In this document: in pieces, positions 12,517-25,350 of the stretch
How the letters are laid out: each line of letters begins with the position of its first letter
How positions within the stretch are numbered: position 1 is the first letter of the stretch
NCBI RefSeq assembly: GCF_000181795.1
Contig: NW_003526944.1
Span: 3,516,706 to 3,580,705 of the forward strand
Source: Trichinella spiralis
Taxonomy: Eukaryota
Length of the DNA: 64,000 bases
Direction: 5' to 3'
Translations under genes and position numbers: made by a program
The notes under the pieces: model-generated
What the model was told of the DNA's origin: nothing
Seen by the model: only the letters and a program-made list of their open reading frames with translations
Database searches by the model: none

Positions 12517-14863
12517 GGTCAATTCAAGACTGGCAAAACCCACACCTGAAAAACAAAGTAATTGCACAATAAGAACAATACAATTCTGAAGTCAGATCAA
12601 TCAAAACATGTTACGTTAACCGATTAATGCATAACATGCATACACAGAGGAAAATTCAATAGAATCTGACACATAAAAACACAGTATGAAAGTAAAGAAA
12701 AAGCAAGTGCACTTCAATAAGTGACTTACAGTATAATATTTAATGAAACAAATCGCCATACCTTTTATAATACATGTTTTTGAAAATTTTTAATTAATAA
12801 TGCTAATATGCTAAAATATAAAAGCAGTTCAATCCTTGTTTTCTTTAAAAAATTCTTTGCGACGTTTATAATTTGTAACTTCGTATTTTCTTTATTTTGC
12901 TATCGATTTCTTGACGCAAAAATTTTATTTTATTCTGTAATTGATTTAAAGTACTGCTCATTTGTTTCCCTCACATACGACTACCTACTACTGGCTTATT
13001 ATCTATTTTCAGGATTTCATTAGCTAATAATTCACACTGCAATCTTACGTTTCATAGATCGTAAAAATTGACTTTTAAAGTTACCTTTATAATAATTATA
13101 AATTAATATCAGTTGAAAAACATTGTAGCTATCTACTTCTGTCCATTTTCACTGTTCTTAAATTTTATCTTCCTTCTACTGAAAGTGATTACGAGAGTTC
13201 CTCCTTCGATTGGACAAGGAAGTTTCATTATGCTCACTTAAAATCAAAAGAAATTGCCCCCCCAAAAAGTAAAACTGATAGCATTAAATGTATCGTACGT
13301 AGATAAAGACCAGTCGCTCCCCAAACCCTCAACAGTTTCCTATTTGAAATGGCTCTTTCAGAAACAGCTACCAATCAAATAAATAATTTTAAAAACATCG
13401 TTTCTCTTAAATAAAACTCAAATGTAAAATTTGTTTATTCAAAAGTAAAATAACAATTGCATTGCATTCTGATGTATCCTTCGTTGTTTCAGAAATTTTT
13501 CAAGGAACTTTTTATCCAAAATTATTTCATTGGGAATCTGATATCATAAATCAGATATTTATAATAGAACCTGAAAACAATGAAATTTCATAAGAATTCA
13601 GACACGCTTGATAAGTTTTTTTAAACTTCATTTTAAATTAAATAAACTCATTTAATTTTGCATAATAAAAGCTGACTTCTGAAACTGCACTACTTAAGCC
13701 AAAAGGACTAAAGCAAAATTTTACAGAGATTTCTAAAATGTTCACACCCCGAAAGGTTAGTCCAGAATTAGCAATAAAATGAAAATTTCATATCATTATC
13801 AGAATTAAAAAAACTTAAATATACATTTTTCTGGAAAATATGCAACAATTTGTGCTATGTAGCAAGAGAAAAAATGCATTGTACTTTAAATGTTTTTTAT
13901 ATTGCACACAAACAAAACAATAATTTATGCATGTCACAAGTCAAATTACTAATAAAATTTCGTTTACAATAATTTAAATAAATAACGATATTATTATAAT
14001 TATTTAAATGCCACAGCTAAAAAAAGTTAACTTAAAAATACACAAAACTGTGACTGCTTTTCAAATAAACGCCTTCATTTTCAGCACTTGATAAAAAGTG
14101 AATGAAAAATAAAATAGATATATTACTTTATTATGATGCGATGAACTTTTACGACGCAGTAGAAAGTGATGTATTTTACATTAAAAATGGACAAATTGCG
14201 CTTCTGTTGCTATTCCATTCTATCATTTTTTGTTAATAAACGCAAATATTTAAGTGGTCATTGAATAAGAATCAGGAACTTGAAAATGCAAACAAGAATG
14301 CCGTAAGCTAGCATGTTTCACAGTACGCGGAAAACAGTAAACAATTAACAGGTACAAATAAGGAATTTTATTCGCAAAATATTACAGTAAGACAATTCAA
14401 CGACAGTAATAATAAAGTACAACAACGTCCAACACCCTAACAATATTGTCATAACAAATAACGAATAACATATAATATTAACTAAGGTTCTTTTCGTCTG
14501 TACACTGGCAGTGTATGCTGGCGTCGGCAAGAATTCTGACGGGAAATTTTACAGCTTCTTATATACAACTTTTAAATAAAACTTCGGTGTTCCTATTATA
14601 CAATTTAACGTTCGCAAGGCAAAGTTTGTTCATTCATCATCTATTAGAATATTTTGACAAATATACAAAAGAATACCTTTTCAAAAGGATTATGAAATAA
14701 ACTAAAATAAAATAAAGCGAACGGCGTTTAAAATATAGCTCATTTGTACACACGAAATTCTTGCAATATATTTTGAGATTGCATTCAAAAACATGAGAGA
14801 GGCATCAGTCTTTTCCATCTTTATCTATAGGGCAGCAAATGACATCAAAGAGCAGCGACAGAT

Positions 14864-16152
14864 TCAGATGATAATTTCAAAATCGCCCAACTCTTCATCA
14901 CTTGGTAGCACAAGCTTCACCTTTTCAGGATTGATCAGATCTTTGCTGATCGGCTCGAGACCGGCTCTTTCACGTCTTTCCAATTCCAAAACCGCTTCTC
15001 GAAAAGCCCACTCTCTCATCAGCGGCCTGTAAAAATTTTAATTTAAATATATATACATATATACAAATATGATAAGCATTAACCACTGATAACCTAACTG
15101 TATAATTAATAAACAGATATATTTAAATGATCAAACAGTGAAATAGTCAAAATCTTACCAGTCTGGTTTATACCACAAAACAAACACCAATCCAGGAAAT
15201 GCAATGCCTATGAGAGCAAAGAAGACAGCATGAGCTCTTTTCCAATCTGTATATTCGTCCGTTGGATGAAAGCCATAGGCAAGCCATCCACGACGCTACA
15301 ACACAAGGAATTGTCGTGTACACATGGATATAAAGGCACATTTACAATTACAGATAACCTGCAGGCTGAGATGGTACATTTGCCTGCGATTATCCGGAGC
15401 CGCCGTGCCTTCAGAAGGCAGACAGCGTACTGAAATCGCAGCACAAAGCCAGTCTCTTATATAGCAGTCAAATGCCGGAAGAAGGAACTTGGTAAAGGAA
15501 GAAATTTTTTTCAATTTCCATTGGCCAATGGACTTGGCTAATGGCTTGGAAATGGATAGGCACTAACTGGTACGGTGGGTGAAAGCATTGATCAAACAAT
15601 GGAAGTAAAGCCGCGTCATAAATTACCTTCCCCAAACTATGGATTGCTATATAGCGCGACCCAGAGAGCCACCAGAGGGTCGACGATCGCGGAAGTTCTC
15701 TTACAAAGCGAAAGATGCTAACTCGTCGGCGACGTCACCGTCACGGTGACAGGCACCGCTTGCGTCAGAAGCGGAAGGAAGTGAAACTCAAAAAGAATGC
15801 AAATTTTTCCTGTTCGTCATCATCCCTTACAAAAATTATCTGTCTTAAGAAATATCTTCCCCGGTAGTAAAAGTTTAGAATAATTGTTCAACCTCGGGAA
15901 TAAGAAGAAAATAAACCCAAAAAGTACCATTTTTCCTCCTTGATCGGCTGCCAGAGGACGACGGTAGCCTTCACCAAAAAGCCAGTCGAATCTGGACTTT
16001 CTGTAATAAGGCGACTGCTTTATTTCATCCGGTATATCGTCCTGACTTTTGTACAACACGTTCGCCATGGAGAGATTTCGAAATTCGTAACCACATGCTC
16101 GCCACAATGCTCTCGACCCACTGCCATTCAATTTAGCCAACATCTTATCCAT
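14864..16152 (-). CDS. NDUFB11: NADH:ubiquinone oxidoreductase subunit B11 (ESSS), 3 exons: 16152-15928, 15295-15159, 15026-14864
   Basis: Spliced: ..RFDWLFGEGYRRPLAADQGGKM|RRGWLAYGFHPTDEYTDW..FVLWYKPDW|PLMREWAFREAVLELERRERAGLEPISKDLINPEKVKLVLPSDEELGDFEIII*. This matches the ESSS family C-terminus. Confidence 0.92.
15379..15823 (-). ncRNA. Candidate structured intronic RNA of unknown class in NDUFB11 intron 1
   Basis: GC-rich core in a 632-nt intron with several hairpins, an 11/12-bp long-range helix and a C-box-like ATGATGA at its 5' end. See findings. Confidence 0.4.
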
Positions 16153-19100
16153 TTATCCTGTGAAATTTTGCCAAAAGTAATTTAAATTTATAAAATAATA
16201 TACTAAATCAAAAAATTAATAACTTTTCACTGAAAAAGATAATTTAAAATCTTTCTCACCAATTCGCAATTAATATTCAACGCTGTTACTGTGAAATAAA
16301 AAGAATTCAAGGTTGGCTATTATGGAAAATTCTTTTTCTAACAATTCTAATTAAATTGATAACAATTCAATTTTTTAAAATGAAAATAAACATTATTTAT
16401 TTTTGAAGACAACTTTATGTTGAAAAATGTAATCAACAAAAATTGGACAAACTTTGAAAATGAACGAAGGTATTTTGAGAGTAAAAAGCCATTCAGGTAT
16501 CAATTTAAAATATTTTTGCGAGTTTTTTACAGGAAAACTCAAAACCTGTAAATTTAAAATTTTTATAAAACTCAAAATTACACCTGACCGTAAAAATGTT
16601 GTTAACAATAACGGAATAACTAGCACAAGAAACATGTAAATGAATGTATCATTTGAGTTTATACATCGATTTTAATCAGTAATTGGGATTCGTATTAACA
16701 TTTGCGTTGTATCTTTTGTACATTTTTTATACGAGAAGAATCTCTAAAAATTTACACATATTTTTCATATTATGATCTTTAGATTGGTAGTTTTGCACAT
16801 TGGCTTATTGAAATGTATTGAATGTCGAAAAATGAATTCACGTATTTAAGCAGAAGCGTTGTGTAATGTATAAGAAACTTTTTGAAGTAAACTCCATTGT
16901 CATTTTGAAAAGCGGAAAGGCTATTTGTAATCTTTTACCGAAGAGCGGATGCAAGCACGAAAACAAAATTATATTAATTACGTAATCTCACTATGTTTGC
17001 TTTGCTATCTTATTCCTGTTGTCTAATAATTTCGTCTTTCGTAGGAGATAGGCAAAATTTGTACACTGAAAATTTTCAGTGCTCACTCAAATTTACCTTT
17101 ATTCACCTAATAATCAAAGTTAATAAATTTTCTGACTCAGCAAGCATGCGGTGACATCATTCCTATTGCACAATAAAGAATTATTATTACACATTGTCAT
17201 TGCTGTTTAAAAGCTTACATTAACCCACGTGAACCAAACAGGTGTTTTCCTTATACTTGTTTATGAATTTCTCTTGATGACGTCATTTTAATTCCCACGG
17301 TGTTTATCGAAACATTTGTTTAAAATATGACAGGCCAACCGAAAAATTTATACATTTCACATTAAAATAATAAAACAAAAGTACATTGAACAAGTCTGCT
17401 CGACAAGATATGAACGTACAACTGTTTAATATTATAATATTATTATTATTCATTAATAACTTTCAAAGAAATGTACAATTTATCGCAGCAATAAGGGAAA
17501 TAAATAACTTCCGGAAACAAAATTAATCAGCTGCTGCTCTACAAAAAATTAAAAATTATCGGGCATAAATATTGAATTATACAAATTAGTTCCGCTTGAA
17601 AATTGCATCCACCATATTATGATGATTAGATAATATAACCAAAAAGTATGAAAATTATTCAAATGTGCATGGTGAAATAATTTTTAAAAAGTTAACAGTC
17701 TTTATTATAAAATGTCACTTTGATTTGCAAATGCAGGAAATACAGTATTTCACTCCAAGTAGGAAAAATTCTGGCCTACTAACGATAACACTTTATGAAA
17801 TATAACAGTGACCAAAATATTTAGAAAAATTAAGATAACTTTCACCTCACAATTAACATAATCGAACAGTTCATTTACAATAATTTGCCTATATAATCAA
17901 GTTTTATTTTGTACATACTGTAGCAGATTTAGAAAATTCAGACAAAAATAAGTTCTTGCAAAAATAAACATCAATGTAAATTTCAATATTTTAGCATTTT
18001 ATTGCTTTTTATTAATAATATACATAAATGTATGCTCTGATTTTAACTTAATTTATGTTACGTAATCAAGCAAAAAGCACAATACATCGGTCGTTCTTTG
18101 AATTTTTTATTTTAGAAAACAGGTAAATAAGCAATTTAATTTATATTTCTTTCAATGAAGCACCAAAAAGCTGTTACATTGCTATTTTTGCAGATAACAA
18201 GACAATAAAATTGCAAATTCATAAGACGTTAGAGCAATTATTTTCAAAATTACAGTACCAATGTCAAGTTTTCTTTACAGCAAAAGTTACACATTACACA
18301 GTTTCAGTGTGAAAAAATTCTTGTAAATAAGTTGCTTTTCATTGAAATGCTATCTCAAAAGTATTTCGAAAATTTGTGCTCATTAAATATTATGCCGTGA
18401 CAACTGGTTAATTTAATTTAACGAAATTAAACTTGATTGAATTTTCTGCGAGAATGCAGTCTTATATTTATCATACAGAACAGTAACAATAACATTAACA
18501 GCTGACAAAAAACAATATTTTTTTTTAAAAAAGTGCATTTTTGTAAATTGATGCTTTGTGAATCCGATGTTAAATTCATCGCACATTGATGAAGAAAAGT
18601 CATAACTTGAGCATCTCAGTGAATTTGAATCTGCTAACTCAGTGGTAAATGAGCTAAACGTACTATACGGCCAATGAATAACGCTTTTCAGGTTTTCATT
18701 GTGTAGAGCAAAATATTTCAGTATACTTTGGCAAAAAAAAACAAAATTAAATAAAATAAAGCATTTGTAAAGTTAAATTTTTGTAATAGCTTTATTTTTT
18801 AATTAAAAAATACCGTATAAAAATTTCAAATTATTAATGACAATTAGGTTAATAATACTTCAATGTCCTTGATCCTTTTATAATTACAGTATGCATTTTA
18901 CCTTCGTTCAAAGTTGAAAAGTTGTCATTAGAAGACTTCTTTCTTAGATATGCATACTCTGCCTGTTTGAATTTTACCTTTTATTAGTTTTTAAATCATC
19001 AGCATATCAGCTGCAAACTCGTTCTGTGGGAAAGTTGTTCTTCAGACATGGTGTATGTAATTTTCAGAGTTCACTTTATTATTATGAAGATGTTTGCTTT

Positions 19101-20216
19101 TTAATGTTGCATGCCGATGTTATAGCATTTCATACTTCATCTTATATTTCCCTTCTAATAAGTATTTATACAGACTACTGCATTTTAAACAAATATCAAG
19201 CAGAGGTGATATTATTTTTTTATTAGTTTCTAATATGTTGCTAATTTTTTTATAACAGTTTCCGCATAGATATATACAGATACACATATAGGTAGTGATA
19301 AAAATTCATGTATATATATATATATATGTGGGTATGAATTTTTATTACTATCTATATCTGTATCTGTATGATTTCGTTTAAATTTAATTTTATAGAATTT
19401 CGACAACAAATTTGTTGCAATATTCAAAAGACTTATTATTAGTTAATTGAAAAACAATGGACTGCACTCAATGTATGGTTGCGTTTTGTTTGTTTTCTAA
19501 AAATATACATAAATAATCATAACTATGAGTATGTGCACAAGCGTGTGGTTAGCGCACTTTTTTCTATACCCGTTTTTTGTGCTGCGTTCTTAAAGGTAGG
19601 TTGAATGATTCAATCGTTTAGCGAAAGATTGATTAGACGCATGATTTTGACAGGTGCCGATCCACAGGTTGGTTGGCAAATGCACACGTTTTTTAGTTTT
19701 TCCTTTAAAAATTGTTTCTTTGAATCGCTACTTACGGCATGATGCTTAATGCATTAAACTGATATTAGCATTGAGAAATCCAATACATAAATGCGCATCT
19801 GCGCATTATCGCTTTTCATGTTAAAAATGTTGTTTCGTTTATTCTATTTTGATAAAATTGTCCAAAAATATCAAATCAGTTAACTCAAGTACTGCTGAAT
19901 GTATGTGCATCCAAGCGTGTTGGGTTTCTTTTTAAATACGGATTGCATTTGTGAGCGAGCAATCTTTTCGTTGTTCAACTTTGCGAATGTCAATCCTTTA
20001 AGAGAAAATGCTATTTTTGAAGAAATCGATGAAAGACCGAATTAGCAGTTGCGTACAACATAGGATCAGTTATATTAATTTAGTTTCAAAATAATAATTA
20101 AAAAGTGATTTAAATTAAAAATTACTGCATTTCAGGAATATTTAAAGTTATATTTACTCTTTTAAATACCATGTTCTGGTGTTTGTATGCAATGCGAGAA
20201 ATTTTTTCTTTTACAG

Positions 20217-22216
20217 TGAAAAATCAATGGTCGCCATTCAAGCTAGTGTTCTCAACTATGACGATGCGATTAAGAAATGGTTACCAGCTGGAGGAAGCAA
20301 AATCCAGGAAATGTCAAAAGTGCAGATCTTGCATCATGTTGAAAACAATACTTTTCGTGTTGTTGGAAGAAAATTACAAGACCACGATGTAAGTTTAATT
20401 TACAATCTCTTTTTATAGTCATTTCGAAATGTGCTTGCAGCATTATAATCTGCTGCTATATTTATTTTTTCTAAGAGACGAATGTTACATTTTTTTACAT
20501 TCCTGACAAGTCAATTATTTGAAATGTGATTGGTGGCCTATTTATGAGGAATATTGCATAGAATTATTGAATGAACAGTTTGAACAAACAGCTTTGCATG
20601 AAAATGAATTTTGTTTCTCAATTTAGGTGGTAATCAACTGCGCTATTATACCTGGTTTAAAATACAATTTTACAAGCGACACTTTTCATCAATGGCGTGA
20701 TCATATAAATCAAAAATTGTACGGATTGAACTTTTTGAATCTGGAAGATGCGGTAACGTTCGGTACGGTGATGAGTCGCGTTTTGGAAATGATCAATTCT
20801 TATCGAACTCAGGGTAAGCTTTTTTTTGTTCAAATGTTTCGGTTTTTTCACTTCAATAGTCAATTTAAGCCCAATCAAATGTAAATCGTCCAAGCATGGC
20901 ATATACAGAACAAGGCTCAGTGACGGTTTCTCGTCAAACTGTAAATGGAAATACAACATCCGTTCTTCAGGATAATATGGAAATGCGAATGGACAATTTC
21001 GACCTCCGAAGACCAATTCAACAAGAAAATAGTGGTTTGAAAAAACTAAACTGATAATTTTACACACAACATTTTGTTGTTGTTGTTTCTCTTTTCCAGC
21101 GAACAACAGTGCTTATTGTTCAATGAGCGGTGGTGGGAAAACTGTTAGCCAAGGTACTCTGGCTTCGAGTCCGTCGAAGCCAACAGCACCAATGCCACCA
21201 ACGATACAGCCGGCTTCTTCTCAAGCTGCTTACGGTCAGTGCAAGAGGCCGATTCCACCGGCTTCTACCAGGGCCCAAGTTATGAGCGATCCACCGCCGG
21301 CACCACCACCGCCCACACGATCCATGACTACCTCTACACCGAGCAGGCAGTCGATGGCGCAGGCGTTGGCCAGTGCAAAATTGCGCCCAGTTCCGGATGA
21401 AGTGAAAAATGCAAGATCCAGCTCAACCGGTAGCATTACCGAAACGGCAAATTTGAATCGTTTCGGAACTATATCCAGTCAAGCTCATCATTCGATCATA
21501 TCAGAAATCACATCCGCCATTGCGAGACGGAATCTACTCAAAGAAGGAGGAGGAAATCAGTCGCCATCCAGTGCTGTCAGTGAGGTGAATGCTGATCAAG
21601 AAAATACGCCTCGATCTGATCCAGGTAAAATAATGCTTATTAATCGCTTGCACTTAAAAACAAGATTGCTATTATTATTATTATAATTATTAGAAATAAG
21701 AAAAAATTTCGAAAATCGATCCAGTGCAGGAGGTAGGCTTAGCTGCGCACCGGTTAACACAGATTCACCGCAAGTGCATCGCAAGTGAGTATAGCATGTA
21801 TGATGATCGGTGTTTTATTTTTTTTTCTGATTGTCGGTGTTCAGAGCTCCAAGCGGTTCATCACTCAGTTCCCAAGATGACGGAATGGCATTGCGTACAG
21901 CTTCATCTGGCGCAGTTGTTGTCAACGGTCAGTCGAATGATCCACTTGAGCAGATAAAAATGGAAATCATACTCTGCATGAAAGAGGAAGTTTCTCGCGC
22001 TAAAGCAGAAATTCTCGAATGTAAGCAATTCAGGGATGATTTAATTATAATAGTTATCTGTATGTATGTATGTTTGTTTGTTTCATTATTTCCCTTCATC
22101 GACGGTACATTTGAATATGTTAAACTCTGTTGTTTTTCTTCATTGACGACGGTGCAGGGGTTTTATTTGTCGGATACTTATTTTCTTCAACGTCGAGTAC
22201 ATGTGAAAACAAGTGA
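20217..22216 (+). CDS. unc-34: Ena/VASP family protein (UNC-34/Enabled-like); first exon not located, last exon tentative
   Basis: EVH1 domain (ASVLNYDDAIKKWLPAGG..NNTFRVVGRKLQDH|VVINCAI..FHQWRD..LYGLNF), Pro-rich PPPAPPPP, G-actin-binding motif (MAQALASAKLRPV), F-actin-binding motif (IISEITSAIARR) and tetramerisation coil (LEQIKMEIILCMKEEVSRAKAEILE). Confidence 0.93.
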
Positions 22217-24059
22217 TCCATCTTCCAGTTAGATGCTTCTGTTTACTGGTCGGGTACTAGAGATTGATATTGTTTACAAATGTCAAGAGAATAAGAAGAA
22301 TAAGATGATGGTGATAATGATGAAGAAGCAGTGCTAACAATGGGAAAGATAAATGGCGAAATCTCTTCAAAACTGAACAACTGTTTACATTTATATATAG
22401 CGGCAAACGTTTCTATGATATGTGCATGAACAACATCGAGAAAACGATTGCACCAGAAGCTAGTTTTCCCGTAGTGATGATGATGATGCTAATGGTGCTT
22501 GGTTGAAATAATCTTCGTTGCAAGAAAAGCATTTTATACTGCTTGAGTACACTCGCATTGTTGCATCGCTATTTTTGCTAGTTGCACTTAGTTTATATGG
22601 AGAAATGCAATTGAATAAGCGAAAGAAAAGAATATGATGAACAAGCAGACAATTTGAATAAATAGTAGAATAATGGAATAATTTATAATTATGACTATGT
22701 AGAAATTATAAAGTTAGCACAAACGATTTTACACCTGCACCTGGGTTATGCAATAGTAGAAAAGCAAACAAACGCGCACCAATATTAATTTTGATCTCGT
22801 GCATACTGGTGGTGGTGTTTATTTTGTTCCAAGTTTGAACAAATCGATTTCAACGAACAGTTTACACAATTCGAAGCGTAGAAGAAGAAAATGAATACAA
22901 TTTTGACAATTGTTATCAATTTGCATGAAAGCTACAAATTATTTATTGATTATTATTTGAAATTGTATTAGAAAAATTGCAAATTTTTAAAGAAATTTCA
23001 TTCTCTTTCATTTTAAAAAAATGATTTCCATTTTCAAAATACGCTTAATAATAATAATTTGCGATTTCTTTTTCACAATTTCTGTGTTGAAGAAGAAATT
23101 TTTTTTAATATTTAATTTGATAATATGTGTAAACTTTTTAGGCATGCGTCAATACTTTGGTGAAAAATGACAATGCTGAAATGACGACGTAAATCAATTT
23201 TTCGCGAAGAAAGCCCATTTTATCTTTAATTTGAACATTATTCTATCACGCATAATATGTTCTCAATAATTATTTACAACTTATTCATTTTATATGATGG
23301 CCTCTCATAGATTGCAGTTGATGTATCGCTTACATGTATGTGTGTGTATGTATGTACATTTTCACAATGCAAAAAACAATAATCATTGACACTTACCAAA
23401 ATTGTATTTGCTTTCAACTCTGCTTTGACATCATTGTAGCACGGCTTCTGCTTTGCTCCACATTTTAGATAACGGGTTGAGTGAAAATATTCGCTTCCAT
23501 GCTTTTCTTCTCCATTTTGTTGTTCATCTGCCGCTTTATTATAGTATTATCGAGAATATATATATCTACTATGTTTACCCTCGATTTGATTAGCCGTTTA
23601 CTGAATTGTTATGCAAATTTTATTGCTTTCCTGCCGAGGCATATCACGCATTTGTTTACTTTTCTACCTTGCAATTTGCCTTTCTTTTAGTGTTATCAAT
23701 ATTATTAATAATCTACTTAGCTCATCTCTTGTTGAACAAAGTACCACTAGTTCAAACTGCCTCGGCTGTTTAATTTCATTTCATTTGATCTTCTGCCAGA
23801 TTTTCTTGGCTGCTAATCTTTTCATTTTTAATTTTTGTGCTCGACCAATGATGCCATCTAGGAATACTCTAGTGGTGCTGTACGGATCGCTGCCATTGAA
23901 AAGAAAGAAAAAAAAGTTTATTTAATAAATGAATAATAAATAATATAATTAAATTAAGTGACAATGATATGCTATTATGTTGAAATCGTTTGCTTATCAT
24001 AAATAATTTGTTTTTAATTTAATTGAATGAACAATTTGATGGAGAAAAACAATTTTTAG

Positions 24060-25350
24060 TCTGGATCACCACCTATTGTATCTAATAAATTTTTGGCAGC
24101 TAACATTAGTCTGCTGTGGCGGGACGTGGGATTATTACGTTTTCACGCAAGTTTGGCCACCAGGTATTTGCTTTGTAGGAGAAGGGGAAGTATGTAATTT
24201 ATTTTCATTACTTTACAACTGTTCACCTTTATTTCTAATACGTTGTTTCCATATCTCAGACAACGCCTTGCTTGAAATCTTTTAAGCAATGGACAATACA
24301 TGGCTTGTGGTAAGCATTGTATTGTGTTGATCTTAAAGTGAACATATATATATATATATATATTCATTTCATGTTTTATTTATTTCAGGCCCTCGTTTAG
24401 TAAATCACAACATGCTTCACCAGCATTTTGTTATAATGAAACAGGCTTCCATGTGAATGATCTGCAAGTATATAGAAATTGTTTAATTGACAAAACAAAT
24501 CAACACTGACATAATAAACTACTGTTCAATCAATTTCAGCAAATAATTCCATCGCTAAATACGTTCTGGCCAAATCTGTTAAAGAATAAATCTGAATCAA
24601 GTTTATGGTAAAAATGTTTTTCATTTTAAAGTCTTCTTTCTTTATTAAATGAAAAGTTACATTTGAACTTAAAGAGTTCTTGTAAAATTCACATATTCAC
24701 ATAAAGTATCACAATTTAAAGGCGCCATGAATGGCTGAAGCACGGAACATGCGCATTTGGAACTCTCGATTCTACATCTGCGTTCAAGTATTTCCAATTG
24801 GGGATTCAACTGAAGCTCCTGTACAGTGTCGATTTGTAAGTTATTCCCGATGGATAAATTGATCGAGTTTTGATCTTCAAGTTTTTATTAGAATTTTGAA
24901 AATGAATGGAATTGTCCCTACACTGAAAAACAGCTACAAGGCAAGCGACTTTGCACTAGCGGTTAAGAAAGCGATTCAAGTTTGGCCCACCGTTAGCTGT
25001 ACTTTTGAAAAAGTAAGACAAATACAAAACTGTAAAGCTTTTTCACTGTGAATTGAATCGAATATGTAAACAGTGAAATTGTTTTTCTAGTAAAGTCCAC
25101 AAGCAAATTATTAACAAATGAAAGCTATAATTTTTTCTTTTTTACTACCTAACAGTGCTATAAGAGATGGCTACTGGCGGACATTCGGCTTTGCTTTACG
25201 AAAACGCTGCTATCTGAAGACTGTTTTGCTTCGAAATCATTTTTGAAATTTCAACTCGACCACAGCAACTCGACGGAAGGTTCGACAACTTTACCTCAAA
25301 TATGTAAATGCCCTGACTACGTTCCAATTTGGTACATTCCAGCAGAATAA
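24060..25350 (+). CDS. Ribonuclease T2 family protein, probably secreted or lysosomal; start codon not resolved
   Basis: Exons give WDYYVFTQVWPPGIC, CAS I WTIHGLW|P, WPNLL..SLW|RHEWLKHGTCA (CAS II), DIRLCFTK and CPDYVPIWYIPAE*. A hydrophobic segment precedes the mature domain. Confidence 0.93.

Noticed and set aside
13474..13481. GTATCCTT, a U12-type 5' splice-site motif
   Set aside because: No flanking exon or U12 branch site could be identified; expected by chance.
14345..14530. 61-aa hydrophobic ORF on the minus strand
   Set aside because: No recognisable motif; hydrophobicity is explained by T-rich sequence downstream of NDUFB11.
15765..15790. C/D snoRNA guide against the 28S rRNA 5' region (AAGCGGAGG)
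   Set aside because: Only about 9 contiguous pairs from a recalled rRNA consensus, no terminal stem, and the D box lies inside a hairpin loop.
15296..15927. Telomerase RNA, RNase P RNA or RNase MRP RNA identity for the intronic element
   Set aside because: No 1.5-copy template for TTAGGC or TTAGGG on either strand (only AGCCAUUAGCCA, which would imply a TAATGGC repeat I cannot support). GGGAAGGU is not followed by CUGAG, and there is no GAAAGUCCCC.
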